The position numbers and the translations under genes were made by a program. Below, piece after piece: positions 1 to 9,453 of a stretch of 64,000 nt of DNA (its first letter is position 1; the number at the start of each line of letters is the position of its first letter). A model generated the notes under the pieces. The model saw only the letters and a list, made by a program, of their open reading frames with translations. It ran no database searches and was not told the origin of the DNA. Origin of the DNA: an uncultured Lachnospiraceae bacterium (GTDB lineage: Bacteria; Bacillota; Clostridia; Lachnospirales; Lachnospiraceae); the NCBI GenBank assembly GCA_910586315.1, contig CAJUIP010000006.1, forward strand, positions 2,166-66,165, given 5' to 3'.

Positions 1-148
1 CATTGACGGGAATCTGCCCTCTGCCCCAATAATAATTTGAATGGTATCCCTGATTGAAAGTTTACTCTTTCGGAGAGACTGCTCGTTTCTGTATGCTTCT
101 GCTACATGATTGATTACGTGGCAAAGTTTTTCCTTTTCTTAATGACAT
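1..148 (-). pseudogene. Possible frameshifted 5' remnant of an IS4-family transposase
   Basis: ATG at 148 with a GGGGG-type RBS. That frame stops early, but another frame reads NHVAEAYRNEQSLRKSKLSIRDTIQIIIGAEG, recalling the N-terminal 'R.RKL....I..I...GG' motif of IS4 transposases. Runs off the window edge. Confidence 0.3.
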
Positions 149-471
149 TGCCCCCTTGGAAGAGTAATTGCGGCAATCAACGTGAAGTAATTTAGTCCGA
201 AAACAATAACCCTATTTCATGCGCCTGAATGGCTCTATGCTGTTTGGGCGCATTTCTATCATCAATCGGCGGGATTTTTACCCGTACTATACAGCGGATT
301 TGTTTGGTTCATTTAATTTCTGGCATGAAAGAAGCTGTTAAACTGCTTAGCGTTGTCGACAAAATTTACATATTTTGTGTCAAAAATGATCAACAGCATA
401 AGAATTTTTTATGATAATTTTAATCCATAGCCAGTATTAAATGAAAATAATAGATTAGGAGAGGAATTCAT

Positions 472-567
472 ATGGTAAATGAGAAATTTCGATATAAAAA
501 CTGGCAGGAAGTAGAGGAGAGAGCGAAGAGTCTGGGTATTAAATTCCCTAATACTAATTACACATGA
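472..567 (+). pseudogene. N-terminal stub (31 codons), probably of an NADH:flavin oxidoreductase (OYE-like), cut by a deletion
   Basis: Strong RBS AGGAGAGG before ATG 472. Peptide MVNEKFRYKNWQEVEERAKSLGIKFP resembles clostridial flavin oxidoreductase N-termini (from memory), then runs out of frame into oppD sequence. Confidence 0.45.
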
Positions 568-904
568 TTTGGGCGTTGTTGCCGAGACATCAGATAACGT
601 AATGGTGATGTATGCCGGCCAGGCAGTGGAGTATGCAACCTGCGGCCAGATTTTTGAGAAGCCGCTGCATCCGTACACGATTGGTTTGCTGAATTCAGTT
701 CCGAAGCTGAATGAGGAGGTAGAAAAGCTCTATACGATTCGTGGTTCTGTTCCTAACGCAACACAATTTCCCAAGGGCTGCCGATTTGCAGACCGGTGTG
801 AGTATTGCACTGAGCGGTGCGTGGAGGAAGCTCCGCAGCTTTATGACGCCGGGAATGGCAGATGCGTGCGCTGTTTCCTGTATGATAAAGGAGGGGAAGC
901 ATGA
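545..904 (+). pseudogene. oppD: 3' fragment of an oligopeptide/dipeptide ABC ATPase (OppD/DppD)
   Basis: Frame reads SLILITHDLGVVAE...MYAGQ..E...P.HPYT.GLL...GCRFADRC (H-loop and oligo_HPY tail). Walker A/B and signature are missing; in-frame stop at 512-514; no start codon with RBS. Confidence 0.85.
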
Positions 905-1875
905 GGGAAAAGATTCTATCTGTAAAAGATTTAAAGGTTCATTTTGCAATTAATGATAATAAAAAATTTTTTGCGAAGAAAATAGTGAAGGCTGTAGACG
1001 GAATCAGCTTTGACGTTTGTAAGGGAGAGACTCTTGGGCTTGTTGGGGAATCTGGCTGTGGAAAAAGTACGACGGGACGAGCAATTGTGGCGCTTCAGAA
1101 GCCAACGGCAGGTTCTATCCTGTATCACGGAAAAGATATTACTACTCAGACTAAGGCAGAACGGTTTTCCTATAAAAGTCAGGTCCAGATGATATTTCAG
1201 GATACATATTCCACATTAGATCCCCGATTTACCATTGGCTCCAGTATTGTGGAACCACTGGAAATTCACCGCCGGGGTACCCGCGCTGAACAGAAAGAGA
1301 CTGCTCTTAAGCTTATGCATGACGTAGGTCTCGCAGAGTCTTATTATAACAGGTATCCCCACGAATTTTCCGGCGGTCAGCGTCAGAGAATAGGCGTTGC
1401 ACGTGCACTTGCCCTGAATCCGGATCTGTTGATCTGTGATGAGCCGGTTTCAGCTTTGGATGTTTCGATTCAGGCCCAAATACTAAATCTAATGGAGGAG
1501 CTGCAGGAAAAATACAGTCTGACATATGTCTTCGTATCCCATAACTTATCTGTAGTGAAACATTTGTGTGATAGAATTGTTGTTATGTATCTTGGAAATA
1601 TTGTAGAGATCAGTGATTCCAAAGATATTTATAAATCCCCTCTGCATCCCTACACAATTGCACTTATCAATGCAATTCCGTTACCGGATCCAAAACTAAA
1701 GAGGAGACTTGTGCCGTTAGAAGGAGACGTGCCAAGTCCTGTCAACCCGCCTCAGGGCTGTCCTTTTGTAACACGCTGTCCACATGCAAAAGATATCTGC
1801 GGAGAGGTTAAGCCGAAACTTGCAGATACAGGAAACGGACACCAGGTGGCTTGTCATATGTTTGATGGAAAATAA
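901..1875 (+). CDS. oppF: Oligopeptide/dipeptide ABC transporter ATP-binding protein OppF/DppF
   Basis: GESGCGKST Walker A, FSGGQRQR signature, ICDEPVSALD Walker B, HPYT tail with Cys cluster. Confidence 0.92.
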   Translation: MREKILSVKDLKVHFAINDNKKFFAKKIVKAVDGISFDVCKGETLGLVGESGCGKSTTGRAIVALQKPTAGSILYHGKDITTQTKAERFSYKSQVQMIFQDTYSTLDPRFTIGSSIVEPLEIHRRGTRAEQKETALKLMHDVGLAESYYNRYPHEFSGGQRQRIGVARALALNPDLLICDEPVSALDVSIQAQILNLMEELQEKYSLTYVFVSHNLSVVKHLCDRIVVMYLGNIVEISDSKDIYKSPLHPYTIALINAIPLPDPKLKRRLVPLEGDVPSPVNPPQGCPFVTRCPHAKDICGEVKPKLADTGNGHQVACHMFDGK

Positions 1876-1890
1876 TCCAGAGGGGAAATT

Positions 1891-3204
1891 ATGCAGGAAA
1901 CTAATATTTATACAGGCCTTTACCAAATGGCAGACAGCCTCCATAATGAACTGTGTATACTGGCAGATGATTTGTGGAATTGCCCGGAACTGGGATATCA
2001 GGAATATAGAACATCGGAGAGGCTTTTAAAGTCCTTTCAAACGCTGCCGGTGGATATTAAGATGTTTACACCGCTTACAGGGTTCTGTGCGACACTGGAT
2101 ATGGGAGTTCCGGGTCCAACAATTGCAGTTTTATGCGACATGGATGCAGCTTCATGCCCGGAGCATCCGGATGCAGAGCAGGAAACAGGAACTGTTCACT
2201 GCTGCGGCCACCACATACAAATGACGGCGGTCTATGGAGCTGCAAAGGTACTTGCATGCAGTGGGGTTCAGAGCCACCTGTGCGGCAAGATAAAATTTAT
2301 AGCCGTTCCGGCTGAGGAATATGTGAACCTGGAATACCGCAGGGAATTGTATCGGAAGAACGTCATTGAATTTCTGGGTGGGAAATCGGAATTAATGAAG
2401 CGGGGAGTCTTTGATGGGGTCGATGCGGCGATTGCAATTCATTCTCTCCCCATGGGAAAACAGCGATTTGCACTCTGCACAGGCCTCAATGGATTTCAGG
2501 TTGTAGTGGTAGACATATATGGAAAGGCTGGAGATTTTTCCAGTAATCCTTCAAACAGCATAAATGCGCTGGATGCTGCCCAATTAGGGATGAGCGCCCT
2601 CAATGCATGGCGTGCTACTTTTAAAGCAGATGACGCGATTTGTGTGAATCCGATTATTACAAGCGGCGGAGAGACCATGAATGCAGTTCCAGGTCATGTT
2701 CGTATGGAGATTTTGGTTCGGGGGAACAGCAGAGAGGCTATCAGCAACACGATGGAAAAGGTAAAAATGGCCTTTAGCGGCTGTTCCCAGGCTCTTGGGG
2801 CCAGGGTGGAATTTACCTTTTTGCACAGCTATGCACCGTTTAAGGTAAATAAAGAAATGAACTGGGTCGCAAGGAGTGTCACAAAAAACATCTCAGGCTA
2901 TGAGGCGCCTGAGATGCCGCCGGGGCATGGGACTACTGATCTTGGAGATTTGTCGATGATGATGCCCACAATTTTATCCTATGTATCCGGTTGCAGCGGC
3001 TCTCTCCACTCACCGGAATTCCGCGTGACAGATTCCACATGCTATTCAGACGGCGCCAAGCTGATATCAGGCATTGTCACAAATCTTCTTGTGGATTCCG
3101 GCAGTTTTGTGAAATGGCTGAAGAAGGAAAAACCGCCGCTTTATCCGACAAAAGAAGAGTATTTGGAGGATGCAAGGTATTGCTTTAGAAAAAATAATAA
3201 ATGA
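1891..3204 (+). CDS. M20-family amidohydrolase
   Basis: PELGYQE, DMDA, HCCGH, PAEE and S/TTDLGDLS motifs typical of M20D/Acy1-like enzymes. Confidence 0.85.
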   Translation: MQETNIYTGLYQMADSLHNELCILADDLWNCPELGYQEYRTSERLLKSFQTLPVDIKMFTPLTGFCATLDMGVPGPTIAVLCDMDAASCPEHPDAEQETGTVHCCGHHIQMTAVYGAAKVLACSGVQSHLCGKIKFIAVPAEEYVNLEYRRELYRKNVIEFLGGKSELMKRGVFDGVDAAIAIHSLPMGKQRFALCTGLNGFQVVVVDIYGKAGDFSSNPSNSINALDAAQLGMSALNAWRATFKADDAICVNPIITSGGETMNAVPGHVRMEILVRGNSREAISNTMEKVKMAFSGCSQALGARVEFTFLHSYAPFKVNKEMNWVARSVTKNISGYEAPEMPPGHGTTDLGDLSMMMPTILSYVSGCSGSLHSPEFRVTDSTCYSDGAKLISGIVTNLLVDSGSFVKWLKKEKPPLYPTKEEYLEDARYCFRKNNK

Positions 3205-3220
3205 CACAGGAGGTCGGAGT

Positions 3221-4264
3221 ATGGTTGAACGCATGAATACGCAGAATAAGGTTTCGCAGGCATCTGCTTATCAGAACCTTAAATATTATTCGGCTGTGAC
3301 AGCAGGGGAAGCGGAGGGTACCGCTGCCCAGACACAGGAAATTTTAAGGAGATACGACGAAATGCTGGCAGATCGGAACCATATTGTCAGCGGTCTTGTG
3401 ATGCTGTCCCATGAAGCGGACGCGGACGCATTTTTTTCTGAATGGAACAGCTGGATTCCCAAGAATGAGGAACCGGCTCTGACCGTGATACGGGCAGGGC
3501 TTGCAGGCGGTGCAATGGTATCTATAGCGCTCAATGAGGCGACAACAGACGAAATCAGCCGTACAAGGCTGAATGACAGAACAGGGATGATGGTTCGTTT
3601 TGGCGGAGTCGTTTATTTCTCCGGAAGAAGTGTTGACGGAGGAAGAGATACGCTCCGCGAGCAGAGCCGCGAAGTAATGAGGACCTATGACAATATTTTG
3701 GCGGTCAATAACCTTCGGAAGGAAAATATTTTGAACGGGAATATTTTTGTTCAGGATATTACTATGCAGAATGAATATGAGAATGTATGGATTGGATGGT
3801 CTCACATTGGGCATAAGCCGTCAGGAACCATGGTGGAAGGCCGTCCCGTCAACAGGAGGCACCAGTTGGAGCTGGGACTGACGTTTGCGGACTCCGATAA
3901 AGTCCTCACAATTTTGAGAAAAAATCCGGGGCATAATTGCTGCCGTTTTGTTACTTATAACGGAATCAGTTATTTCACAGGAAATGTGTGTCATGATCCG
4001 GACGCCGAAGGCCTGTACGAACATTCCAAAAAAGTTTTTGCCCAGTTGGAAGCGCAGATCAATGAAAATGGAATGAAAAAGGAAGATATTATTGTCTGCA
4101 ACGCATACATTAAAGATATTGATGCACAGGAGGCGTTTGAAAAGGCCTGGGATGAATGGGTAAGCGAGGGGAACGAGCCTGCCCGCACAATTTGCGGAAC
4201 ACGTCTTTTGAGCGACAGATATGAAATTGAATTTACAATCACAGTTGCCTGTAAACAGAAATAA
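3221..4264 (+). CDS. Protein of three tandem Rid (YjgF/YER057c/UK114)-like domains
   Basis: AGGAGG RBS before ATG 3221. Three ~115-aa repeats, each with Y(Y/F)(S/T), Q/H...(I/V), W..W and P(A/S) motifs; only the third has PAR..EIE. Confidence 0.8.
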   Translation: MVERMNTQNKVSQASAYQNLKYYSAVTAGEAEGTAAQTQEILRRYDEMLADRNHIVSGLVMLSHEADADAFFSEWNSWIPKNEEPALTVIRAGLAGGAMVSIALNEATTDEISRTRLNDRTGMMVRFGGVVYFSGRSVDGGRDTLREQSREVMRTYDNILAVNNLRKENILNGNIFVQDITMQNEYENVWIGWSHIGHKPSGTMVEGRPVNRRHQLELGLTFADSDKVLTILRKNPGHNCCRFVTYNGISYFTGNVCHDPDAEGLYEHSKKVFAQLEAQINENGMKKEDIIVCNAYIKDIDAQEAFEKAWDEWVSEGNEPARTICGTRLLSDRYEIEFTITVACKQK

Positions 4265-4268
4265 TAAC

Positions 4269-4362
4269 CCAGTGCTCCATCCAGACAGTAATCGTAGTTG
4301 TGAACTGCCTGTCACACATCAGACAGTCCACAACTTTACTTTCTGTCTGGATGCTACACTAG
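4269..4362. repeat. Palindromic mini-element (MITE-like) of the CTAG/TGTA family
   Basis: Left CCAGTGCTCCATCCAGACAG versus right CTGTCTGGATGCTACACTAG, with a long imperfect internal stem. The right end TGCTACACTAG is identical to 22531-22541. Confidence 0.6.
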
Positions 4363-4390
4363 AAGGTTAGACAGAAACGCCAAGAGAAGA

Positions 4391-4436
4391 AGAATCCTCA
4401 AAACGTGCTGGAACACGGTTTGGGGATTCCTTTTTT
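4391..4436. terminator. Intrinsic terminator between convergent genes
   Basis: GAATCCTCAAA...TTTGGGGATTC stem followed by a T-run. Confidence 0.65.
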
Positions 4437-4474
4437 GCCAATATATTAACATTCCCTGGGATCGTTAGCGGATA

Positions 4475-5332
4475 TTATTTCACAAAATAGTTTTTCAGGT
4501 TTGCATTTTCGTCTATAAATGGCTCGATTTCCGGTGTTTTACAGGTCATGAGAGTCGTGACACCGGGGCCATGGCCGGCTAGAATACAGTCGCTGTGCAC
4601 AACGACGCCGATTGTTACGGCGCCTGTGATATAGTTTCGTCCAAAACGGGTGTCGGCATCCATGATAGCGACGATATCGCCGAAGCGAAGCTTATCGAGA
4701 CCGTATTCAGCGGTGATTTTTTTGTCATGCAGAGTAATGTCATAGTCGCCATAGTGAGAATTGGAGGCGCCGAGGCCGGAGCCCATGATGCAGCCCGGTA
4801 CAATCTTTGCTACACCTACTTTAAGACGGCCGTTTTCTTCAATAATATTCATGGCCTTTAAGAGTTCGGGACTGGTATTGCGAAGAAGGATTTCCGGATA
4901 ATCAAGAAGCTTCATTCCCTGCCCCTGGGTTCGGATGTCGATCACATCGCCAATGGACATCTTCTCCATATCCTCATCAGAAAAATAGCAGAGCAGATGC
5001 TCGCATCCTCCGTGCTTGCCGGTGACAAAACCGCGGGCGCCCTTGGCATCCCCGGAACGGACGATAACCTCATTTCCGATACAGGAAAGCCCTTGAACCG
5101 CCGCATTGTAGTCATCCTTTTCATTACGGACGGTTACGCCAGGCTCTAAATGATCAGCAGCCCAGCCAACACAGCAGTCGCCGATATGGGCATTATAGGT
5201 AATGCCGCCGGTGGCAGGCAGAGTAAAGGGTTCCCCGTCAATAGTGTGGCGGTATGCCTCACTCCCCTTGGAATGGCGGACCTGGCCCTGGGTGAGAAGT
5301 TTGGGAAGAACGTCATAGTTGGTATTTAACAT
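4475..5332 (-). CDS. DUF4438-like conserved hypothetical protein
   Basis: AAAGGAG RBS before ATG 5332. Motifs GGITYN..GD...GW..DH.EPG, GKHGG, GSG.G, GDYDI, GHGPG. Confidence 0.75.
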   Translation of the reverse strand: MLNTNYDVLPKLLTQGQVRHSKGSEAYRHTIDGEPFTLPATGGITYNAHIGDCCVGWAADHLEPGVTVRNEKDDYNAAVQGLSCIGNEVIVRSGDAKGARGFVTGKHGGCEHLLCYFSDEDMEKMSIGDVIDIRTQGQGMKLLDYPEILLRNTSPELLKAMNIIEENGRLKVGVAKIVPGCIMGSGLGASNSHYGDYDITLHDKKITAEYGLDKLRFGDIVAIMDADTRFGRNYITGAVTIGVVVHSDCILAGHGPGVTTLMTCKTPEIEPFIDENANLKNYFVK

Positions 5333-5431
5333 AAACTGAATTCTCCTTTGCAAGTGATGGTTTTCTTAATTCTAGCATAGAATCGAGACATTGAAAACAG
5401 TTCACATCATACTTTTTTATAGAATTCGTAA

Positions 5432-5607
5432 CAGTTCAGCCTTGCATCTTCTTGCCCGCTTTCAGCGGACAAGAAGCACGCGGCGTCCGCCGGAGGTCTG
5501 TAGTTCCCTTTCATTTACGGTGATGTGACGCGTGGCATGCGGCCCATCATCTTGAAGAAGCTAAACGCCGGATGCTTCTTGTCCGCCTCCAACGGGCAAG
5601 AAGATGC
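5432..5607. repeat. REP/REPIN-like doublet: two inverted copies of a 35-bp self-palindromic unit
   Basis: 5444-5478 GCATCTTCTTGCCCGCtttcaGCGGACAAGAAGCA is the inverse of 5573-5607 except around the loop. Related copies at 17233-17290 and 20995-21021. Confidence 0.75.
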
Positions 5608-5743
5608 CCCCTCCCATAAACAGTAACCGGGATGAAAAATACAGTTTTGATAAATAGCAGAAGAGATATGGTATTGTGGAAATTTTTCTGTTATAATGGA
5701 CAAGTCGGGTTGGAAATTAAGCGACTGGAAGGAAGACAAGAAT

Positions 5744-6532
5744 ATGGAAAACAAGAATGCGATGCAGCCGGAGAAGCAGGCGGCCATACGGATTTTGAGC
5801 AAGTCTGAGGAACTTTATGTGCTGATCTCACTATGTACGAAAATGCCGTTCGTTATGTGCGATCCGGAGACATTTGATGATGAAATTTTTATATACGAGA
5901 AGGAAGAAGATATTAAGAGGGAAGGAAAAAGGTTTGTGGACCAGAAAATTCCTCTGCAGATCGCCAAAGTGGCCCGGAAGGATTTTTTGAACTTTTATGC
6001 GAACGTATTTACTATGGGAGTGAACTGCGTAGTTTTAAACGGCTATATGCCGGATATGTTTAAACTTCAGCTGAGCGAAATGGTGAAGAAGCCGGGGCAG
6101 AAGCTTCCCAATGGACAAATCTGGGTGGAGAATCCGGGACTGCATCTGACTGCCCTTTATTTTATGCAGGAAGTGAGAAGGCAGAAGCTTTCAGAGCTCA
6201 CCGATGAACTGAAAGAAATGCAGGAAGAAATTTTGGCTGATTATGAAAAGGGTACTTATGTGGCGGCCGTCCATGAGAATAACGGGATTCCGCTTCTGAA
6301 ACAGAAAAACGGCGATGTGTTCCAACCCGTTTTTACAGACATTTTGGAGTTTGGGAAGTTTAATAAAGATAACCAGCTTAAGGCCGTCATAGTGACTGCT
6401 GCCAAAATCCCGGAAATTCTTGCGGAAGATGCCAAGGGAGTTGTAATTAATCCCTTTGGAGTGAATCTCCAGCTTCCCATTACAAAACGGCCAGGAAAAA
6501 AGGGGCCGGAAAGGGAACAGGAGAAGGAGTAA
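5744..6532 (+). CDS. SseB-like hypothetical protein
   Basis: C-terminal PLL....G..FQPVFTD..EF.KF...GVVINPFG pattern typical of SseB-family proteins. Start 5744 chosen from the RBS-like GAAGGAAG; 5696 is possible. Confidence 0.6.
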   Translation: MENKNAMQPEKQAAIRILSKSEELYVLISLCTKMPFVMCDPETFDDEIFIYEKEEDIKREGKRFVDQKIPLQIAKVARKDFLNFYANVFTMGVNCVVLNGYMPDMFKLQLSEMVKKPGQKLPNGQIWVENPGLHLTALYFMQEVRRQKLSELTDELKEMQEEILADYEKGTYVAAVHENNGIPLLKQKNGDVFQPVFTDILEFGKFNKDNQLKAVIVTAAKIPEILAEDAKGVVINPFGVNLQLPITKRPGKKGPEREQEKE

Positions 6533-6533
6533 G

Positions 6534-6676
6534 AAAAATCTTCTATACGCCCCACGATGCGGGAAATTTGGCCCCTATTTGGTCAACGTAGCTCACTACG
6601 CCTCCCTCATTCGGACTAAATTTCCCACAAACTGTGACACATATCTGAAGGAAAACAATTTTCAAACATGCTCTAA
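6534..6676. repeat. Degenerate MITE-like palindromic element ending TTTTCAAACATGCTCTA
   Basis: Internal inverted arms GGGAAATTTGG/CTAAATTTCCC around a CGTAG-CTCA-CTACG hairpin; a decayed relative lies at about 46560-46650. Confidence 0.5.
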
Positions 6677-6711
6677 AATATAGAAATTAAAAACGGAAGT
6701 GAGGATCTGGT

Positions 6712-8118
6712 ATGAAAAATCTTTTGAAGAAACTGTTTTCTGTGGGAGCTGCGGTCTGGATTGCCGCCGCGGCGTTTCCATTGGGAAGTATGGCTGCCGA
6801 GAAAGAGGATACGAGCCGTTTTGTGGAAGGGACTACAATCAACGGTGTGGAAGTGTCAGGAATGACAGCGGATGAGGCGAAGACTCATATGGAAGCGTAT
6901 TTTAAGGGGAAATATACCTTAAAAGTCAGGGATCTGGATGGAACACAGGAATTGATCAGAGATACGGACATTGGATATTATCTTCAGGTCACGGGCGATC
7001 TGAACGCTGTTTTGCAGAGAGAAAATGACGGAGGAAGAAAAACGGGACCTGGAGAAGAGAACAGTTTCCGTGTGGAGGTAAATTCCGGATGTGATGAGGG
7101 CCTGCTGCGACAGGCCATGGAAAACCTCACTTTTGTGAGGAATGCCACCCCCACCACAGACGCCCATATCTCAGCCTATGAGGAGGGGAAGGCATTTACT
7201 ATAATACCGGAAGTGCAGGGAACGGAAATTGACGTGGACAAACTGGTGGCGGCTGCAAAGAAGGCCTTAAGTGAGCAGAGGTCTGTGCTGAGGCTGGCTG
7301 ACATCGACTGCCGGAAAGCGATTCAGGTAACTTCGCTGGAAGATTCTCTGAACCGGCTGTGCGCCAGTCTGAACCAATTTAAAGACGTGAATATTACATA
7401 TATGTTCGGGGAAAACCAGGAAGTTCTTCGCGGAACGGAGATCGCTCAGTGGATTAAGGGGACGTCAGGCTCTGAGATTCTCGTGGATGAGGCGAAAGTG
7501 GTGGAATACGTAAAGTTTCTGGCAGACACTTATGACACCTACGGGAAGCCTATTTTGTTTCATGCCTCTTCCGGACGGGAAGTGACAGTGCCCGGCGTTT
7601 ATGGATGGCAGATGAATCAGGCAGAGGAGGTAAAAGCACTGCTCCAGGCGATTCAGGGCTGCGAGAGCCAGACCAGAGAACCTGTATATTCCATCACTGC
7701 AATCAGCAGGAGCGGGTATGATTTTGGAGCAACATACATTGAAGTGGATCTGACAGGACAGCACCTGTACTTTTATGAAAATGGCGCCTGCATCCTGGAT
7801 GCACCCTTTGTATCGGGAAATGTGTCCAAAGGATGGACGACTCCGCCGGGATTTTTTACTCTGAATTATAAACAGCGGGATAAAGTCCTGAGAGGAAAAC
7901 TGCAGGCGGACGGAACTTATGAATATGAAAGTCCGGTTTCTTACTGGATGCCTTTTAATGGAGGAATCGGGCTGCATGATGCCAGCTGGCGTTCGAAATT
8001 CGGAGGGCAGATCTATCAGACCGGTGGTTCCCATGGCTGTATTAATCTTCCGCCCAGTGCGGCCGCTGTTATTTATGAGCATGCGTATACAGGAATTCCG
8101 ATTCTCTGCTTTTACTAA
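6712..8118 (+). CDS. Secreted L,D-transpeptidase (YkuD domain) with PG_binding_4-type repeats
   Basis: Signal peptide; YIEVDLT.Q.L, VSG....TP.G, YWMPFNGGIGLHDA.WR and GSHGCIN catalytic His/Cys motif. Confidence 0.92.
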   Translation: MKNLLKKLFSVGAAVWIAAAAFPLGSMAAEKEDTSRFVEGTTINGVEVSGMTADEAKTHMEAYFKGKYTLKVRDLDGTQELIRDTDIGYYLQVTGDLNAVLQRENDGGRKTGPGEENSFRVEVNSGCDEGLLRQAMENLTFVRNATPTTDAHISAYEEGKAFTIIPEVQGTEIDVDKLVAAAKKALSEQRSVLRLADIDCRKAIQVTSLEDSLNRLCASLNQFKDVNITYMFGENQEVLRGTEIAQWIKGTSGSEILVDEAKVVEYVKFLADTYDTYGKPILFHASSGREVTVPGVYGWQMNQAEEVKALLQAIQGCESQTREPVYSITAISRSGYDFGATYIEVDLTGQHLYFYENGACILDAPFVSGNVSKGWTTPPGFFTLNYKQRDKVLRGKLQADGTYEYESPVSYWMPFNGGIGLHDASWRSKFGGQIYQTGGSHGCINLPPSAAAVIYEHAYTGIPILCFY

Positions 8119-8298
8119 ATGAAAGGAGGAGTATTGCCCGCTGCCCCGAAACCGGGAAGATTACAGGACGACGGGAATACTCCTTTTGCCGGAATTTTAA
8201 ATGACCATCAGTTTTAGAGCCAATTCTCCGATTTTCTGGAGATTTTCGAGGGAAATCTGTTCGCGGACAGAATACCGGAAATCCTCCTTTTAAGTAAT

Positions 8299-9267
8299 TT
8301 AAATTTGTAAAATGCCGTCTTTCATGATAATCTCATTATCCACTTCGATTGTGCCACGGTGCATGATAAGATCATAATGACAGGCTGCCTTCACATTTCC
8401 TCCCAGAGTCAGGCTGGTTCCAATTCCAATATGAACGGATCCAAAGACACCCTCATCTTCCAGCATAAAGCCCATAAATCTGCATTGCGGATTCAGACCG
8501 ACTCCCATTTCTGCGATATTATACACATTTGCATCATTTTTAGATTTCAGATCCTCTGCCAGAAGCCTGGCCTGAGCTCCACCGTCTATGGAAGTAATCC
8601 TTCCGTTCTCCACATGACATATTACCGGTTGTTCCAGCAGTCCAATGTTTATATAAGGAATGCTGGCATCCACAACGATGGTGCCGTTTGCCGTCCCCTC
8701 TAACGGAGATACATTTGCCTCTACCGTTGGAACCGGCGCAAATTCACCGGGCTCTACCATACAATACATGGCATTATACCGGCGTCCGACAGCGGAATAT
8801 GTAAGATCTGTTCCGGCAGCTGTAGTCAGCCGGATTTTTTTTGCTCCTCCAAGCTTTTTTGCCACAGCCTTGCAGTCTCTTGCGGACTGTGGGAAATCGG
8901 CTTCCAGCCCTCCATGAATCATCATATCCTCGGAGAACTGTGTCAGCATGATTCCCCTGGAACCGGCCTGGCAGGCATCTTTTACGGCATGGGTATGAGT
9001 AATGGAACGGCCTACAATACTGATAAAACCATCACTTTTCTTCATGGCTTCTGCAACGCTCTCCGGCGGTTCCTGGCCATCCCTGTCACGGGGCAGCATG
9101 ATGATAAGGGTGGGTTCGGCATATTCTCCGTACACTGCCTGTGCGACTGCTTTTGCAATGTTCATTTTTTCAGGCTCTGTGACAATGAGAATCCGTTCGC
9201 CTTTTTTCACACCGAGACAGGTTTTTACTACGGTGGCGGCACCTCTTGCCATTAACATTTGTTTCAT
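8299..9267 (-). CDS. Aminopeptidase T/M29-like (leucyl aminopeptidase-type) metallopeptidase
   Basis: P..EAN.SP....ANG...VD, NIAE.G.GLNP, LEDEG..G..HIG.G and HYD motifs. Confidence 0.8.
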   Translation of the reverse strand: MKQMLMARGAATVVKTCLGVKKGERILIVTEPEKMNIAKAVAQAVYGEYAEPTLIIMLPRDRDGQEPPESVAEAMKKSDGFISIVGRSITHTHAVKDACQAGSRGIMLTQFSEDMMIHGGLEADFPQSARDCKAVAKKLGGAKKIRLTTAAGTDLTYSAVGRRYNAMYCMVEPGEFAPVPTVEANVSPLEGTANGTIVVDASIPYINIGLLEQPVICHVENGRITSIDGGAQARLLAEDLKSKNDANVYNIAEMGVGLNPQCRFMGFMLEDEGVFGSVHIGIGTSLTLGGNVKAACHYDLIMHRGTIEVDNEIIMKDGILQI

Positions 9268-9453
9268 AATTATAATCCTTTCCCTGCCGGTTCAGTTCCG
9301 GCAGTATATTGTGTGATATGAAATATTGTAATATGAAGCCCGCAATGTTGAATATTCAATATTCGATATTAAATATTCTATAGAAATAAAAATGATAAAA
9401 TATCTGCGAGTCTGTTTTTTAGTCTGACACAGACTCACAGGTGAAAATAATGC

